Assembly (NCBI GenBank): GCA_043228905.1
Contig: JBHGNT010000002.1
Location: 16,802,001 to 16,866,000 of the forward strand
DNA: 64,000 nucleotides
DNA from: Azolla caroliniana
Lineage: Eukaryota > Plantae > Polypodiophyta
Reading direction: 5' to 3'
The position numbers were made by a program, and so were the translations under genes. The notes beneath the pieces are model-generated. The model did no database searches. It saw nothing but the letters and a program-made list of their open reading frames with translations, and was not told the origin of the DNA. The number at the start of each line of letters is the position of its first letter. Within the stretch, counting starts at the first letter, position 1. This document shows, one piece after another, positions 1 to 12,495 of this stretch.

Positions 1-1
1 A

Positions 2-110
2 GCAGTCGGGTATATCCATGGAACACAAACATATTTCTTGTTTGATTCTGGTAGTTCTCACAATTTTCTTAATGATCACTTGGTGCAGCAAATGCAACTC
101 CAACCTAGTA
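2..110 (+). pseudogene. Gypsy aspartic protease fragment (left piece of the chromovirus-like element that resumes at ~24.15 kb)
   Basis: Reads AVGYIHGTQTYFLFDSGSSHNFLNDHLVQQMQLQPS; DSGSSHNF is a retropepsin active-site motif. Confidence 0.75.
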
Positions 111-654
111 CGTAGGCATATTTTGGGGAGTTAGTGATAGTCGCTTGTTGGAGCATTGAATACCTCTCAGTACTTTTGTTAGTCCTTTATGGACTTGTAT
201 AAAAGTGCTCTCGGAGCACATTCTATGTAAACAGAGGATTATTATTTTAGAATAGAGTTTTATGTTCTGTGTTGAGAGACAAGCTCAACATTGGCCGGAT
301 CGGCTGAAGAAGCCGAGGACCGGATCGGTTGGGACCGATCGGTTAGGCCGAGTGCGTAAACCGGGAGGTCGTTAGGAAAGATATTCCGTGAGGAATATAT
401 TTGGGAGTTAGTGTAGGAGCTCTTGATGAGCATTGAAGTACTGTCAGTACTTCGGTCAGTCCTTTTAGGACTTGTATAAAAGTGCTCACTGAGCACGTCT
501 TATGTACAGACTGAGTATTATTGTTGAATATAGTTTTTTGTGTTTCTCTCTCTATCTCTCCCGCGTATACCGGGTAAGCCTAAGCTCTCCATTGAACCTG
601 AGTTTCCTTCCTCAGTTCTGTCTTCATACCTGCTTCCGCACGCTACTTTCTACA

Positions 655-666
655 TGGTATCAGAGC
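655..666 (+). promoter_or_regulatory. Primer-binding site (initiator tRNA-Met) of Copia B
   Basis: TGGTATCAGAGC directly after the LTR end TACA. Confidence 0.9.
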
Positions 667-723
667 GCGAGGGTTGAGAACCTCTCTGCAGCCGACACAA
701 CTTGACGAAGAAGAACAAGAAGA

Positions 724-3700
724 ATGATGGATAGAGGCATGGCGAGCTCGCTTCCAACAGAGAAGCTCGACAGAACCAACTACGCGTCTTGGTCCTACAA
801 GATGCACCAGTACCTGCTCGGGCACGGCTACTGGAGTTATGTCGAAGGAGCTAATGACGCGGCACCCGAATTGACACACAGAGACTTCCCATCGTGGGAG
901 CAATCGGCGAGCAGGGTACTATACTGCTTCGCATCGTGTGTGGGCGAACAACTATTGAGCTATTTTCGGGATGCAAAGACGCCGAAGGGTGCGTGGGAAA
1001 ATCTGAAGAAGATTTTCGCCGCGAGCACCATAGCCAGGAAGCTTCAGCTCCGACAAGAGTTGAGCAACCTACGACAACGCGACTTGTCGGTGGCGGACTA
1101 TACCTCGAAGATCAAGGATATCTGCAACTCCCTCACCTCCATAGAGGTGAACATCGAGGAGAGCGAGATGGTCCAGATCTGTCTCGGAGGTTTGGCGTCG
1201 AAGTTCGGAGCGTTCCGAACGGCTGTGTGTACCCGGGAGAATACGCCGTCCTTTTTCGACTTACAGTCGATGCTCCTGGTAGAGGAGAACCACGTGGGTG
1301 CGTCTACAGGCACGCACACCGACAACAGAATGCTGTACACGGAGGGAGATAGGCCCCGTGGACGTGGAGGACGAGGCGAGTCAGCACGCAATGGAGGCGG
1401 CCGACGAGATCAAGAAAGAAGGCACCGAAGTGATGCCGACAGCAACTTCGGACCCTCCGGAAACAGGGGGAGTCGAAGCGATGAGAACCGGCAAGGGAAG
1501 TCCATCGCGGAGTGCTGGTACTGTGGCAAGAAAGGCCATAGGGAAAGTGAGTGCTGGAAGAAGCGCGCCGATTCGGAGAGAACTGGTTCCGGGAACGGCT
1601 CCAGACATACGACAAGGGAAATAGGCAGCGATCGCACTACGCTGAAGACTCCGGGAGAGCCGGAGAAGGGTCTGTCTTCGTGATGAGACACGAAGCAAAC
1701 TCAATGAAATAGAGCACCCCGAGACCGAACGAGGTGTGGTACGTAGACTCCGGCGCGTCAAACCACATGACGAGCCATAAGGAGTGGTTCTCGTACCTTG
1801 AAAAACCGATACAACCTGGAGTAGTCGCAACAGGAGACGACACTCCGCATCCGATCGCGAATGTCGGAGAAGTTCCCCTTAGCCATGTCGGGCAAAAAGG
1901 GAAACTCAAGAACGTGTTGCACGTTCTGACAATCACGAAAAACTTGGTCTCGGTCGGACAGATCGTCGACCAAGGGATGGAGGTTCAGTTTACACACCTC
2001 GGGTGCTTCATTGAGGAAGAAGGCCGTATGATCGCGCAAGGGCGCAAAGACGGGAGGATGTTCATCCTCGACTCCACTGACGGCGGCACCGCAATGTTCG
2101 CGAAGGGACAAAAAGCCGAGTCGGACATCGACTTGTGGCACAAGCGGATAGGCCACGTCAACTACCAGCGGCTTCAAAATCTGCAATCGAAACAGGTAGT
2201 GTTCGGATTGCCCAAGTTTAGTGGCCGAAAGGCACAAATTTGTGAAGCCTGCCAGCTCGGGAAGCAACACCGACTTCCCTTCCCCAACGAGCGAAACCGG
2301 AGCCGGAACAAGCTCGACCTTATACAGTCGGATGTGTGGGGACCGGCACAAAACATTAGTCTTGGCGGGAGCCGATACTTCGTCTCCTTCATCGACGACC
2401 ATACGCGGCACACGTGGTGTTACGGGCATGACCATATAATATCCCGTGGTGAGAATTGTCGTAGTATTCTATACACGTGGATAAGTGTGAGGGTTAAACA
2501 AAGAGTCTAAAGAAGGGGAGGATTACTTTTAATCCTCCCCTTCTTTAGACTCTTTGTTTAACCCTCACACTTATCCACGTGTATAGAATACTACGACAAT
2601 TCTCACCACGGGATATTATATGGTCATGCCCGTAACACGTGGATCTACCTCATTGAGAGGAAGAGCGAAGTCTTCGACTGTTTCCGGGACCTCAAAGGGT
2701 TCGTGGAAATGGAAACAGGACGGAAGATCAAGTGCCTGCGGTCGGATGGCGGGAAAGAGTACTTTTCCAGACAATTCAACGATTATCTACAACAAATGGG
2801 AATTCGGCGCGAATTCAGTTGTAGATACACGCCAGAGCAGAATGGCATGGCCGAGAGGAAGAACCGATCGATTATGGAAGCGGTACGGGCAATGCTGGAG
2901 GAGAAGAGCTTGCCCAAGTTTTATTGGGCCGAGGCGGTGAGGGCCGCGGTATACATCCAGAACCGGATCGGAGACAAAGTGTCGGCGCACGAGCTATATT
3001 TCGGAACGAAGCCGAACTTGCGACACTTGAGGGTGTTCGGTAGCATTGCTTATGTGCATGTACCGAAGGAGAAAAGGAGGAAGCTGGACGCAAAGGCTGA
3101 GAAATGCATCTTGGTCGGTTACTCGGACGAGCAGAAGGGTTATAAGTGCCATAACCCTCGCACCAAACAAGCGCATGTTAGCCGTGACGTTGTGGTTGAC
3201 GAGTCCGCGTCCTGGTACAAGCCCCTGACTCCGAACTCCGAGTCCAATCCGTGTTCTGACGATGAGGTCAGCGAGGCCGAGATGCCTCCGGATGAGCCCG
3301 AAATCGAGACCCGCGAAGAGAGTCCGATTTCACTCCGGTTAAGTGGACCGATTGGACGACTGAGTCGCTATGATCAGTCCGATGAAGAGCCGACGAGTAG
3401 TGGAGACTCGGCCGTGCATTCCCCGCGCAGGAAGCCGAGGAGACGGCTTACGCGCAAAGAGAAAGGGAAGAAGAAGGTGTCGGATTCCGGCACGGAAAGG
3501 AATGAGTCAGACCGACGCGAGTCCGACTCCGAGGGAACCGGTGACAGGTCTTTAAAGATGAAGACCGCGTCGACCGAGAAGGCCTCGACATCGGCTAATG
3601 TGAGATTACGCCGATCTACCCGCCAAAAGAACCCAGTTGTGCGGTTCGGATACAACGAGTACATGGCGCATCATTATGCGTACATGACCCGTGTAGCGGA

Positions 3701-5278
3701 AGTGCGTGAGCCAGAGAGCTACGCAGAAGCGGCTAAAGACGCAAGTTGGCGTGCCGCGATGGAGGAAGAGATACACGCATTGGCGGAGAACGAGACTTGG
3801 GACCTGGTTGACGCACTGAAGGGTGTGAAGCCGATCGGGTGTAGGTGGGTGTACAAGGTCAAGTACAACACTGATGGCTCGGTCAACCAGTACAAGGCTC
3901 GGCTGGTGGCAAAGGGCTACACGCAGAAACACGACATCGACTACGATGAGACATTTACGCCGGTCGCGAAAATGAAGACCGTCCGTGTTTTGCTCGCAGT
4001 AGCTGCGGCGAAGGGGTGGCACTTACATCAGATGGATGTAAAGAATGCGTTCCTGCAAGGTGACCTTGAGGAACAGGTGTACATGGTACAGCCCCCCGGA
4101 TTTCACTCCGGAATGAACTCCTCGGCAGTGTGCCGACTGAAGAAGTCCCCTTACGGACTGAAGCAAGCCCCGCGTGCCTGGAACGCGAAGATCACGCAAC
4201 AACTGCGTCGGATGGGCTTCGTCACGTCAAAATTGGACTCTTCCCTGTTCATCCGGAAAGGTCGACTCGGACCGGTTAGTATTTTACTGTATGTTGATGA
4301 CTTGGTCATCACTGACGCAGACCTAGGTGAAATCGACCGCATGAAGCTTCAACTTGCGGCATCGTTCGACATGAAAGATTTGGGGGGGACCTTCATTATT
4401 TCCTCGGGATCGAAGTGATCCGTACCCCCGAAGGCATATGGATCAGCCAACGTCACTACGTGGTGAGTATGCTCTTCAAATTCGGGATGGCCGACCGTAA
4501 GTCCGTCTCGACTCCTCTGGACAGAACCATCAAGCTTCGTCCCGATACGGGAAAGGTATGCGACCTGACGAGGTTCCGACAAATTGTCGGAAGCCTCATA
4601 TACTTGACCATCACCCGACCCGACCTCAGTTATCCGGTCGGGGTGATCAGTCAGTTCATGGCGCGACCTACCGAGGAGCACCTTCAGTGTGCGCAACGCA
4701 TACTTCGGTATGTCAACGGCACTAAGGACCGGGGACTGCTATATCGGACCGGTGCGGCCGCGCAGTTTGTCGGCTACACCGATGCTGATTGGGCTGGCAA
4801 CGCCGCCGATCGCCGATCCACGTCCGGATACGTGTTCTCCCTCGGAAGTGCCGCGATCGCGTGGAGCAGTAAGAAGCAGCCGACAGTTGCACTGTCGAGC
4901 ACCAAAGCTAAGTACCGAGGAGAGGCTGTCGTGACATGCGAAGCCATATGGTTGAAACGACTACTTAAGGACCTGCAAGTGGAGGTGTCAGATCCGACGA
5001 TGATCTACTGCGACAACCTCAGCAGCATCCAGCTCGCGAAAAACCCCGTTTTCCACCCACGGACCAAGCACATTGCGGTGCACTACCATTTCGTCTGTGA
5101 GCGTGTCCTTTCTGGTGAAGTCGAACTTCAGTACGTTTCGACGGATCGGCAGGTTGCCGACATCTTCACCAAGCCTCTTGGTCTGGACAAGTTGCGGCAA
5201 TTCTCAGGTGCGCTCGGTTTGCGTCACCTTGACGTGCCTGAACGACCAAGCAAGGCAGCAGGAAAGGGACACCACTAA
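724..5278 (+). pseudogene. Copia B gag-pol polyprotein, disrupted
   Basis: Zn knuckle CWYCGKKGHRESEC, protease WYVDSGASNHM, LWHKRIGH, integrase [31 protein letters not shown] and LLYVDD, RNase H YTDADWAG..ADIFTK; frameshift ~1.6 kb, TAG ~1709, insert at 2418, frameshift in G7 run ~4382. Confidence 0.92.
2418..2637. mobile_element. 220-bp perfect foldback (MITE-like) insertion, TG..CA ends, 5-bp TSD CGTGG
   Basis: 2418-2525 is the exact reverse complement of 2530-2637 (loop CTTT); CGTGG at 2413-2417 and 2638-2642; removing it restores the integrase motif RHTWIYLI. Confidence 0.93.
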
Positions 5279-6836
5279 CTCGGTTGTAGACCGCGACACC
5301 ACCGAGTCGGTTGACTCGGTTGTCGAGTTCGACTTCGGATCGGCTGAAAAAGCCGAGGGCGGACCCATGGAAAAGTCCGAAAGTGGACAGAAGGGGAGCA
5401 GCCGAAGGAAAGAGCTGAAGCCAACCACGCATAGGGGAGACGACGCCATCGAGGGCAAGAAGACCGAAGACGAGTTGGAGACAACCAACTCGGACGAGAG
5501 CGAAAACCGATCGGAGGTAGTCGAGTCGGTTCGGATGTTTGATTCAGACACGCTGAATCAACCGAGGCCCAAGCGGAAGAAAAGGCAGCAGGAGAAGCGT
5601 CAACACCGCAACAGCAGAAGAGCTGATAAGGGCCGCATGAGCAGACAAGCCGACCGGAAGGGTCGAAGCGCGCATAGTCGAACAGGTCAAGGAGTGCGAG
5701 CGAGGCGTGAAGCCAGGAGGAACCGGAGCTGTGAGCCCGAGGATCCCGAAGAGCCTCGAGTTGAGAGACAAGCTCAACATCGGCCGGATCGGCTAAAGAA
5801 GCCGAGGACCGGATCGGTTGGGACCGATCGGTTAGGCCGAGTGCGTAAACCGGGAGGTCGTTAGGAAAGATATTCTGTGAGGAATATATTTGGGAGTTAG
5901 TGTAGGAGCTCTTGATGAGCATTGAAGTATTGTCAGTACTTTGGTCAGTCCTTTTAGGACTTGTATAAAAGTGCTCACTGAGCACGTCTTATGTACAGAC
6001 TGAGTATTATTGTTGAATATAGTTTTTTGTGTTTCTCTCTCTATCTCTCCCGCGTATACCGTGTAAGCCTAAGCTCTCCATTGAACCTGAGTTTCCTTCC
6101 TCTGTTCTGTCTTCATACCTGCTTCTGCACGTTGTCGAAGTATTCCTCGCGGATGCGTGGGATGAGGCGGGACCTCAGGGGTCCTGTACCGAAGAGCAAG
6201 AGAGAAAGGACAAGAGACCCACTACGTGCGAGCGTAGATTCACAGGGACACGGCCCTTCGACACAAAGACGCGAGTGGGACAGCGACTCAGAGAGACACG
6301 AATGTATGTATGTATTAACAAAGACAACAACAAGAACACGGAAGCAACAAAAACACGAAGTCGGTTACAACCGAACAGGCCGGCGAACAGATGCCGATGT
6401 TTGTTCGTAAACGCACAGAAAGACAAGAGCAGGTTGGAGGTGCTGCCGGAAGCACTCGGGCATTCCTCAGAGCAGCGCGAGCCTCCCGAAACCTGCACAG
6501 AAGGAAGCTATGGAGTTTGCGAACCAGAGAGAGAGAGAGAGAAGCCTTCGCACGCAAACCGACAGCACTTCGTCCTCGACTCTCCGCGATCCTCTTCTGT
6601 TCTCGTCTCCCTCCTTTTTATAGGCAAGGAAGGAGCCGTTTCCCCTTTACTTCCTACCCACTAAATCTACCCGCCTAGGATCTTCTATGGACAACATTCG
6701 AGAAGAGCCGGTTCCTACGCTCCTGTGCACCGATTTCGCTTGTGGACGGTTTTCTTCACGACATCCGCCCCCACCTAACCGCGCATCCACCGGCATGCGC
6801 CAAATTGAGTTGGGACGGAGAAAACCTGTCCAGCCT

Positions 6837-9800
6837 TCATTCCCCGCCCGTTGGTTCTTCCTCGGTTTCGGATCGTTCATCGTCGCGGTCCAGGTCAACC
6901 GGATCTGGCTTGTTGTCGTGACACTTCTTGAACGCTTTGATCCGCTTCCCCGCTACCAGTATCGCCACTCTCGTACCGTCGAGTTCCGCCAGATGGTACG
7001 TCCTGTTGTCGTTGGCGCTTTGTACCACGTAAGGCCCGAACCACCTTCTTGCGAACTTCCGTGTCGCTCGGTGTTGGTTGTCAAGGCTGCTGTCGTAGAC
7101 TAGCACCCAGTCGCCTTCCTCGACCTTCTTTGGTTGGAGCCGGTGCGTTCGGTCGAACCGGGCTTTGTTCCTCATCCTTGCTTCTCGAAGCTTTTCCGTA
7201 GCCTGCTCCACGTCCTTCGGTCTTCGCTCGAGCTGTTGTATACGCGCCGCCAGTAGTTCCTCCCGGCTCATCTCGCCTCTCCAGTCCACGGTTGCCCACG
7301 AGGAGATCGTGCGTTCCATCGGCATGACCGGCTTCTGCCCAAACATGAGTTCTGCCGGCATGAATCCGGTTGCCGAACTGTGCGTAGTTCGTTCCGCCCA
7401 CAACGCGTAAGGCAGCAGCCGCGGCCAGTTCCCGACTTGACCTCTGCATGCCCGAACTAACGCCTTGACGATCGGTCCGTGCCCTCGCTCCACCTTTCCA
7501 TTCGCCCCCGGATTGTACGCAGTGGTAAGCGAGAGCTTGACTCCTAGCCGGTCGAACAGCTCCTCGGCCTCTTCGGCGTCCAACTCCCCGCGGTCAGCCA
7601 CGATCTTCCCGACGCACCCGTACCGGCATATCACGTCCTCAATAAGGAACCGACATACGGCCGCGGTCGTTTTGTTCTGAAGGGCCCGGCCTTCTACCTG
7701 GTTCGTCAGATCTTCCCGAGCCAGGACCAGATACCGCATCTGTCCTACTCCCATCGGCATCGTCACCAGATCTACCATCCATTTGAAGTGGATGGTCGGA
7801 GGGTACGTAGGGTGAAGCTCGTCCCGATGTCGGACTATGGAGTGCATCTGACAGCTCTCGCAAGTTGTCACGAACCGATGCACGTCCCGGTACAGCCCCG
7901 ACCACCAGTACTTCCCCTTTATCTTCTCGAACGTGGCCCACGTTCCACGATGTCCAGCCCAAGGGCTGTCATGGTAGGCCGTCAACAGCTCCTCCTGTTC
8001 TTCCTTCATCGCTACCACCCGGAGCGGGATGCCGTTCCTCTTCTTCGAGTGCTTCCATAAGTATCCGTCCCGGAGAAAGACGGTATGCTTTCTTCCGGAT
8101 CCGGTTTGCCTTGTCCCTCGTCCATGACGCATCCGGCGTCATCGTCCTCAAAAACCCACCGATCTGGAGCCACTCGCTGTCGTACTTGCTCTCGTCGAAG
8201 TCGTTAAGTGTCGGAGTGCTCGTCCCATCAGCCGTTACGTATGCTGCCTTGAAGAAGTCCACGCCGACTTCTTCGTCCTCCGAAACCATGCCACCCTCGT
8301 CATCAAACCTTGCCCTCGAAAGCATGTCCGCCATGGCGTTGTCCTTTCCGGAAATGTGCCGTATTTCCGGGTCCAGGGACTTGATGTACGCTATCCACCG
8401 GAGCATCGCCAGGTCCGGTGTCGCGCATCCGGAAACCATGCCGAGAATCGGCAGGCAATCCGTCTCGATAACCACTTCTGTCCCGATCAGGTAATCTTTG
8501 TCGGCCTTTACTGCCGAAATGATACCCCAGAGTTCACGTTTAACCTGGGCGTACCCTCACTGTCGTTCACTGAGGATTTTCGCGCCGAATCGGATCGGGA
8601 ACCGAATGCCGTTCTTGTCCTCTTGGTTGACGACCCATCCGATCCCGATCGGACTCGTATCCATTGTTATGTATACCGGGGTACCCTTCCCGTAGACAGC
8701 CTTCTGGAGCGCCGGTGCTGCCGCAAGAGCTTCCTTCAGCTTCCGGACCGACTCCGTGTTCTCGTCTCGCCACTCGAATTTTCGCCCTTTCTTCAGCAAC
8801 CCGTATAGCGGCTCCGCAACGTAGGCGTAATGCGGGATCCATATGTGGTAGAATGCGCATGCCCCCAGGAACCTCCGAACTTCCGTAATCGAGCTACAGT
8901 CGGTCTTCATCACGGAGATGGCTTCTACCTTTGCCAGAGACGGCTTCCGGCCATATGGTCCACATAGGTGTCCGACCACCAGGATTTCCGATTTCCCGAA
9001 GGCCGATTTCTCCCCGGAGAAGGTGAGCCTCGCATCCTCTAGCCTTTGTAGCACCTTCTCGCAGTCGTCGATGTGTGTTGCCACGAATCACCGGCATCCG
9101 TCCGGTCCGAGTGTTGCGTCCCTCTCTTCTACAGGGCACCCCTTGATCGGAATGTCATCTAGAAATGGCATGGTGATGTCCGGGATGCAATCCCTCAGTA
9201 CCTTGTTCATTGCATTCACCATGTGGGCCACCGAGTTGGTCCCTCCTTGTGGCAGGGTACACATTCGCACTAGGCCGAGTGGAGTTCGCATTGTCGTAAT
9301 GTCTCTGCTCTCCACGGCTAGCTGGAACTGGTCGTACCCCGAGTACAGATCACTGACCGAGTAAATCGACCTTCCGGCGAAGGCCTCCGCGAACTCGTCT
9401 ATGGTCGGTCCGGCTCCTGCGTTCCGAATGGTCACTCTGTTGACCGGCTGCAGGTCCTGAATGAAGCGCAATGTTCCGTTTTTCTTTGGTACTGTAAACC
9501 ATCGGTTCGAGTATGGCGCGCTCGACGGTTCGAGAATACCCATATCGACTTTCTGCCTCAGTAGCTCCATCAACTCTGGGATGTGAGCTCTGGGTACCGG
9601 AATCGGCTTGAGATTCCACGGCACATGCGGTACCGTGAATATCACCATCGGCTCCACGATTGTCGGGTCTACGCACCCGATCTCTTCCGGCGAGAATGCA
9701 AAGGCTTTCCCATTCCTTCCGAGCATTCTCCGAAACCGGTCTTCCTCCGCCGGCAGTAGGAACCCGCCCCCACCGATCTTGAGCTCCCGGAGCGTCCCGT

Positions 9801-10332
9801 CGGTGAAGGTGTGTCCTATGCAGGCCGGATCTCGTAAACTGGGGTCCGACGCCACCCCTCTGATTCAGGACTCGCTGCCCTCCGGCAAGGGTGCCGCGAC
9901 TGGCCTTACTTTCTGGTCCACAGTCTTGTACTTCGTGCTAACTCGGGCCGTCCGATCCAACCCGAGCCCCCGACTGAAGTTCGCGATGACTTCGTACATC
10001 TCTTCGGAACATACCGGTATCATCCGGTCTTCGTTAAGGTCTTCTCCGGCCACCTTCCTCAGTATTCCCAAGGTGTCGTCGAAGGAGACCGCCTCCATGG
10101 CTCCGCTGATTTCCTCGTTCGGGCCGAGAACTCCGCACGCTCGAAGTCGCACTTCCACCCTTGTCTTTTCTCGGCCAACGATGCCGACTAACATACACCC
10201 TCCGTCGCCGGAGAAGTAAAATCCCTTTCTTATCGTACAGGGTTTATTCGGTTTCGGTTCTATCGTACAGCTGTGGGGTCTTTCCCGAGTGTCCGGACTG
10301 CCTCGGCCCCACGCCTTGGCAGCCCTCTCTAA
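6837..10332 (-). pseudogene. Gypsy ORF2 (RT, RNase H, integrase) with a few stops and frameshifts
   Basis: RT DLYSGYDQ, TLPQGGTNS, FLDD; RNase H DTSPIGIG, ETDC, NAMADMLSR; integrase YHDSPWAGH..CESC, VADRGE, ANGKVER, WFGPY. Confidence 0.9.
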
Positions 10333-12482
10333 AAATCCTCTCGGTTCTCTCCACCGAGGGATTCGCGGTTTCGTTCGTGATTCGGCCGCACCGTCAGAAC
10401 TTGGACCGAATGGCGCCCGTCCTGGCTTTTGACCCTCGCGTAGGCCGAACCGTTGTCCAGCACCTTGGTCTCCATTCGCGCCGCCGTGATGTATGGTTCC
10501 CCTAATATGACCGGGTGCGAGGATGTCTCCTGTACGAAGAAGTGCTGGTCAATCTCGACGTCGCCGATCTTGACTCGCACGTTCGGGCAGGCCCCGTGTA
10601 GTTCCTCAGTGGCACGCGTCGCCGCCCGTATCTTCCACCCGTGCTTGGTGTTGATCGGCCACTTCCCCTTCTTATAGAAATCCATGGACATCAGGTTTAT
10701 TTCCGAACCGTGGTCCACCAGTGCCACCACCGGTTCCTGAACCTCTCCGATCTTTATCGGGGTCTCCGTGGTCGCTCGGGCCCAGTGCGGCCTCGAATAG
10801 TGGCTCTCCGCCCACTCGTCTTCCATCACCATGTCGTCGATGTGCGTCGTCCGCACCTCCACCGGTCTTTCCGGTTCCGTCTCCGTCGACAGCCTCTTCC
10901 GTTTCACCAGGTCCACAATGGAGTCGTGGAATTCCTTCTTGGTGATCCCTAGCACCTCTCGCAATGACAGCTCCACTTTGCTGTCGAGGATCCGTTCCTC
11001 TAGGACCTTCCGTAGGTCCGTAGTCCTTTCTATTTCCGTCCCCAGTCGGTATCCGCCCTTCCTGGGGTTATCTTGCGAGCTGGACCCGCCGGCATCGTTC
11101 CGTCATTGCCCGAATCGGGTCTCGTACCATTGTGAAGGCCCGGCCGCTCCGGCTTTCCCCACTCGTTTGTCTTCTACCAGAGCCTCGTAGTTCTGGCAGG
11201 CGGCTTCTACGAAGCCCGTCTTCTCCTCGACCGGATCGCTCCACCCGGTTATTTCCCGGACCCGTCTCTCAACACGGTCCGCTTCATCTTTCTTCAGCCG
11301 TGCGCCGGCAAGACCTTCCAGCATTGCCGACCAGAATCCGCCTTTGCCCTCCTTTCGGGCCTCGCTGCCCCCGACCCGAATGCCGGCCGACGCCGAGTAG
11401 TGGATGGCCTCCACGTGTCGGGCCGCTGCCTCTTCCATCAGTCTCTTCATACCTCCTTGCCCGTCGTTTCGGTTTAGGGCCCTTCTGGTATTGCCAGCAT
11501 GCACCCGGCCTTCCCACAGGTACACCACCCGGTTCCTCAACGCCTCCGCGAAATCGCCGCAGTCCTTCCGAATGTGGCCGACCTCGTCGCACCACATGCA
11601 CCTGTTCCCCGCTGCCGGCCGTCGGTCACGAGCCGGTTCGCCACCTTCCCTTCGAGTCTGGGCGATCTGGAGATCCTTTATCGCCCGCGTTAACTCCTCC
11701 AGCGCTGCTCCTCCGGACGAGCCATTGACCATGCCGGTCGAAGCCGGACCGGTTTCGAGCCATTCCCGGGTTTCTTCCCTTCGCACTTGCGGTGCCGGTT
11801 CAAGCCTCCTTGCTGTAACAGAGCCCGCATCGGCCGCCCCGTTGTCAGCCCATTCTCGCCGTTTGTCAAAACGGCCACAGACTCTCTTAACTGCAGCCCA
11901 GTCGGTTGTCAGCCCGTCTTTGGTTTCCAGCAAGGAGCTGACTTGATCCCGGTCCCGCTCGTCCACCGACTTGATGAACAATACGACCCGGCTCGTATCC
12001 AGAACGGTTCGGTCAAGCGCCGAAAGGCGCGCAAAGCGTTCTTCGAACTCCCGGAGGAGTGCCGACGCGTTTCTTCCCTTGCCAGGGGACTCCACCCATT
12101 CCATGAAGTCTCGTTTCGAAAGCCGGAGCGCGTCGTCCAACCCGTATTTTTCCAGGAGTCGGCCTTCGAACTCCTCCCAGGTACGGCTCTCCCCCCGCAC
12201 CTCGAGCACCTCCGCATGGATGCTCGGCATCGCCACTCGAGGAAACCCAGCAAGGCGCCTCTCTTCCGGAATATCCCGCATCAGCATTTCTGCCCCGTAG
12301 GACGCCAAATACTTCGTGGCATCCTTTCCGCTGAACCGGCCGATAGTACCGACGACCGCCTCAATGGCTCTGTCGAGGGCGCCGGTGCCCTCACGTGCAC
12401 TCAATATCCGATCCACGGCCGAAGCCATGGCCTCCGCAAGATCCGACCCTTTCATCTTCTGCTCTTCTGCCGCCTCCTTCAC
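10329..12482 (-). pseudogene. Gypsy ORF1: Gag fused in frame to aspartic protease, one premature TGA at 11103-11105
   Basis: Zn knuckle CMWCDEVGHIRKDC; the frame stays open from 11102 into the protease ORF (ALVDHGSEINLM) ending REDF-stop at 10329. Confidence 0.85.
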
Positions 12483-12495
12483 GTCGGGTTCACCA
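12478..12495 (-). promoter_or_regulatory. PBS complementary to tRNA-Trp 3' end
   Basis: Minus strand TGGTGAACCCGACGTGAA, 3 nt after the 5' LTR; recalled plant tRNA-Trp end is CACGUCGGGUUCACCA. Confidence 0.8.

Noticed and set aside
4380-4420. Programmed frameshift in Copia B RT
   Set aside because: An expanded G run within the conserved MKDLGDLHYFLG motif; sister copies are in frame
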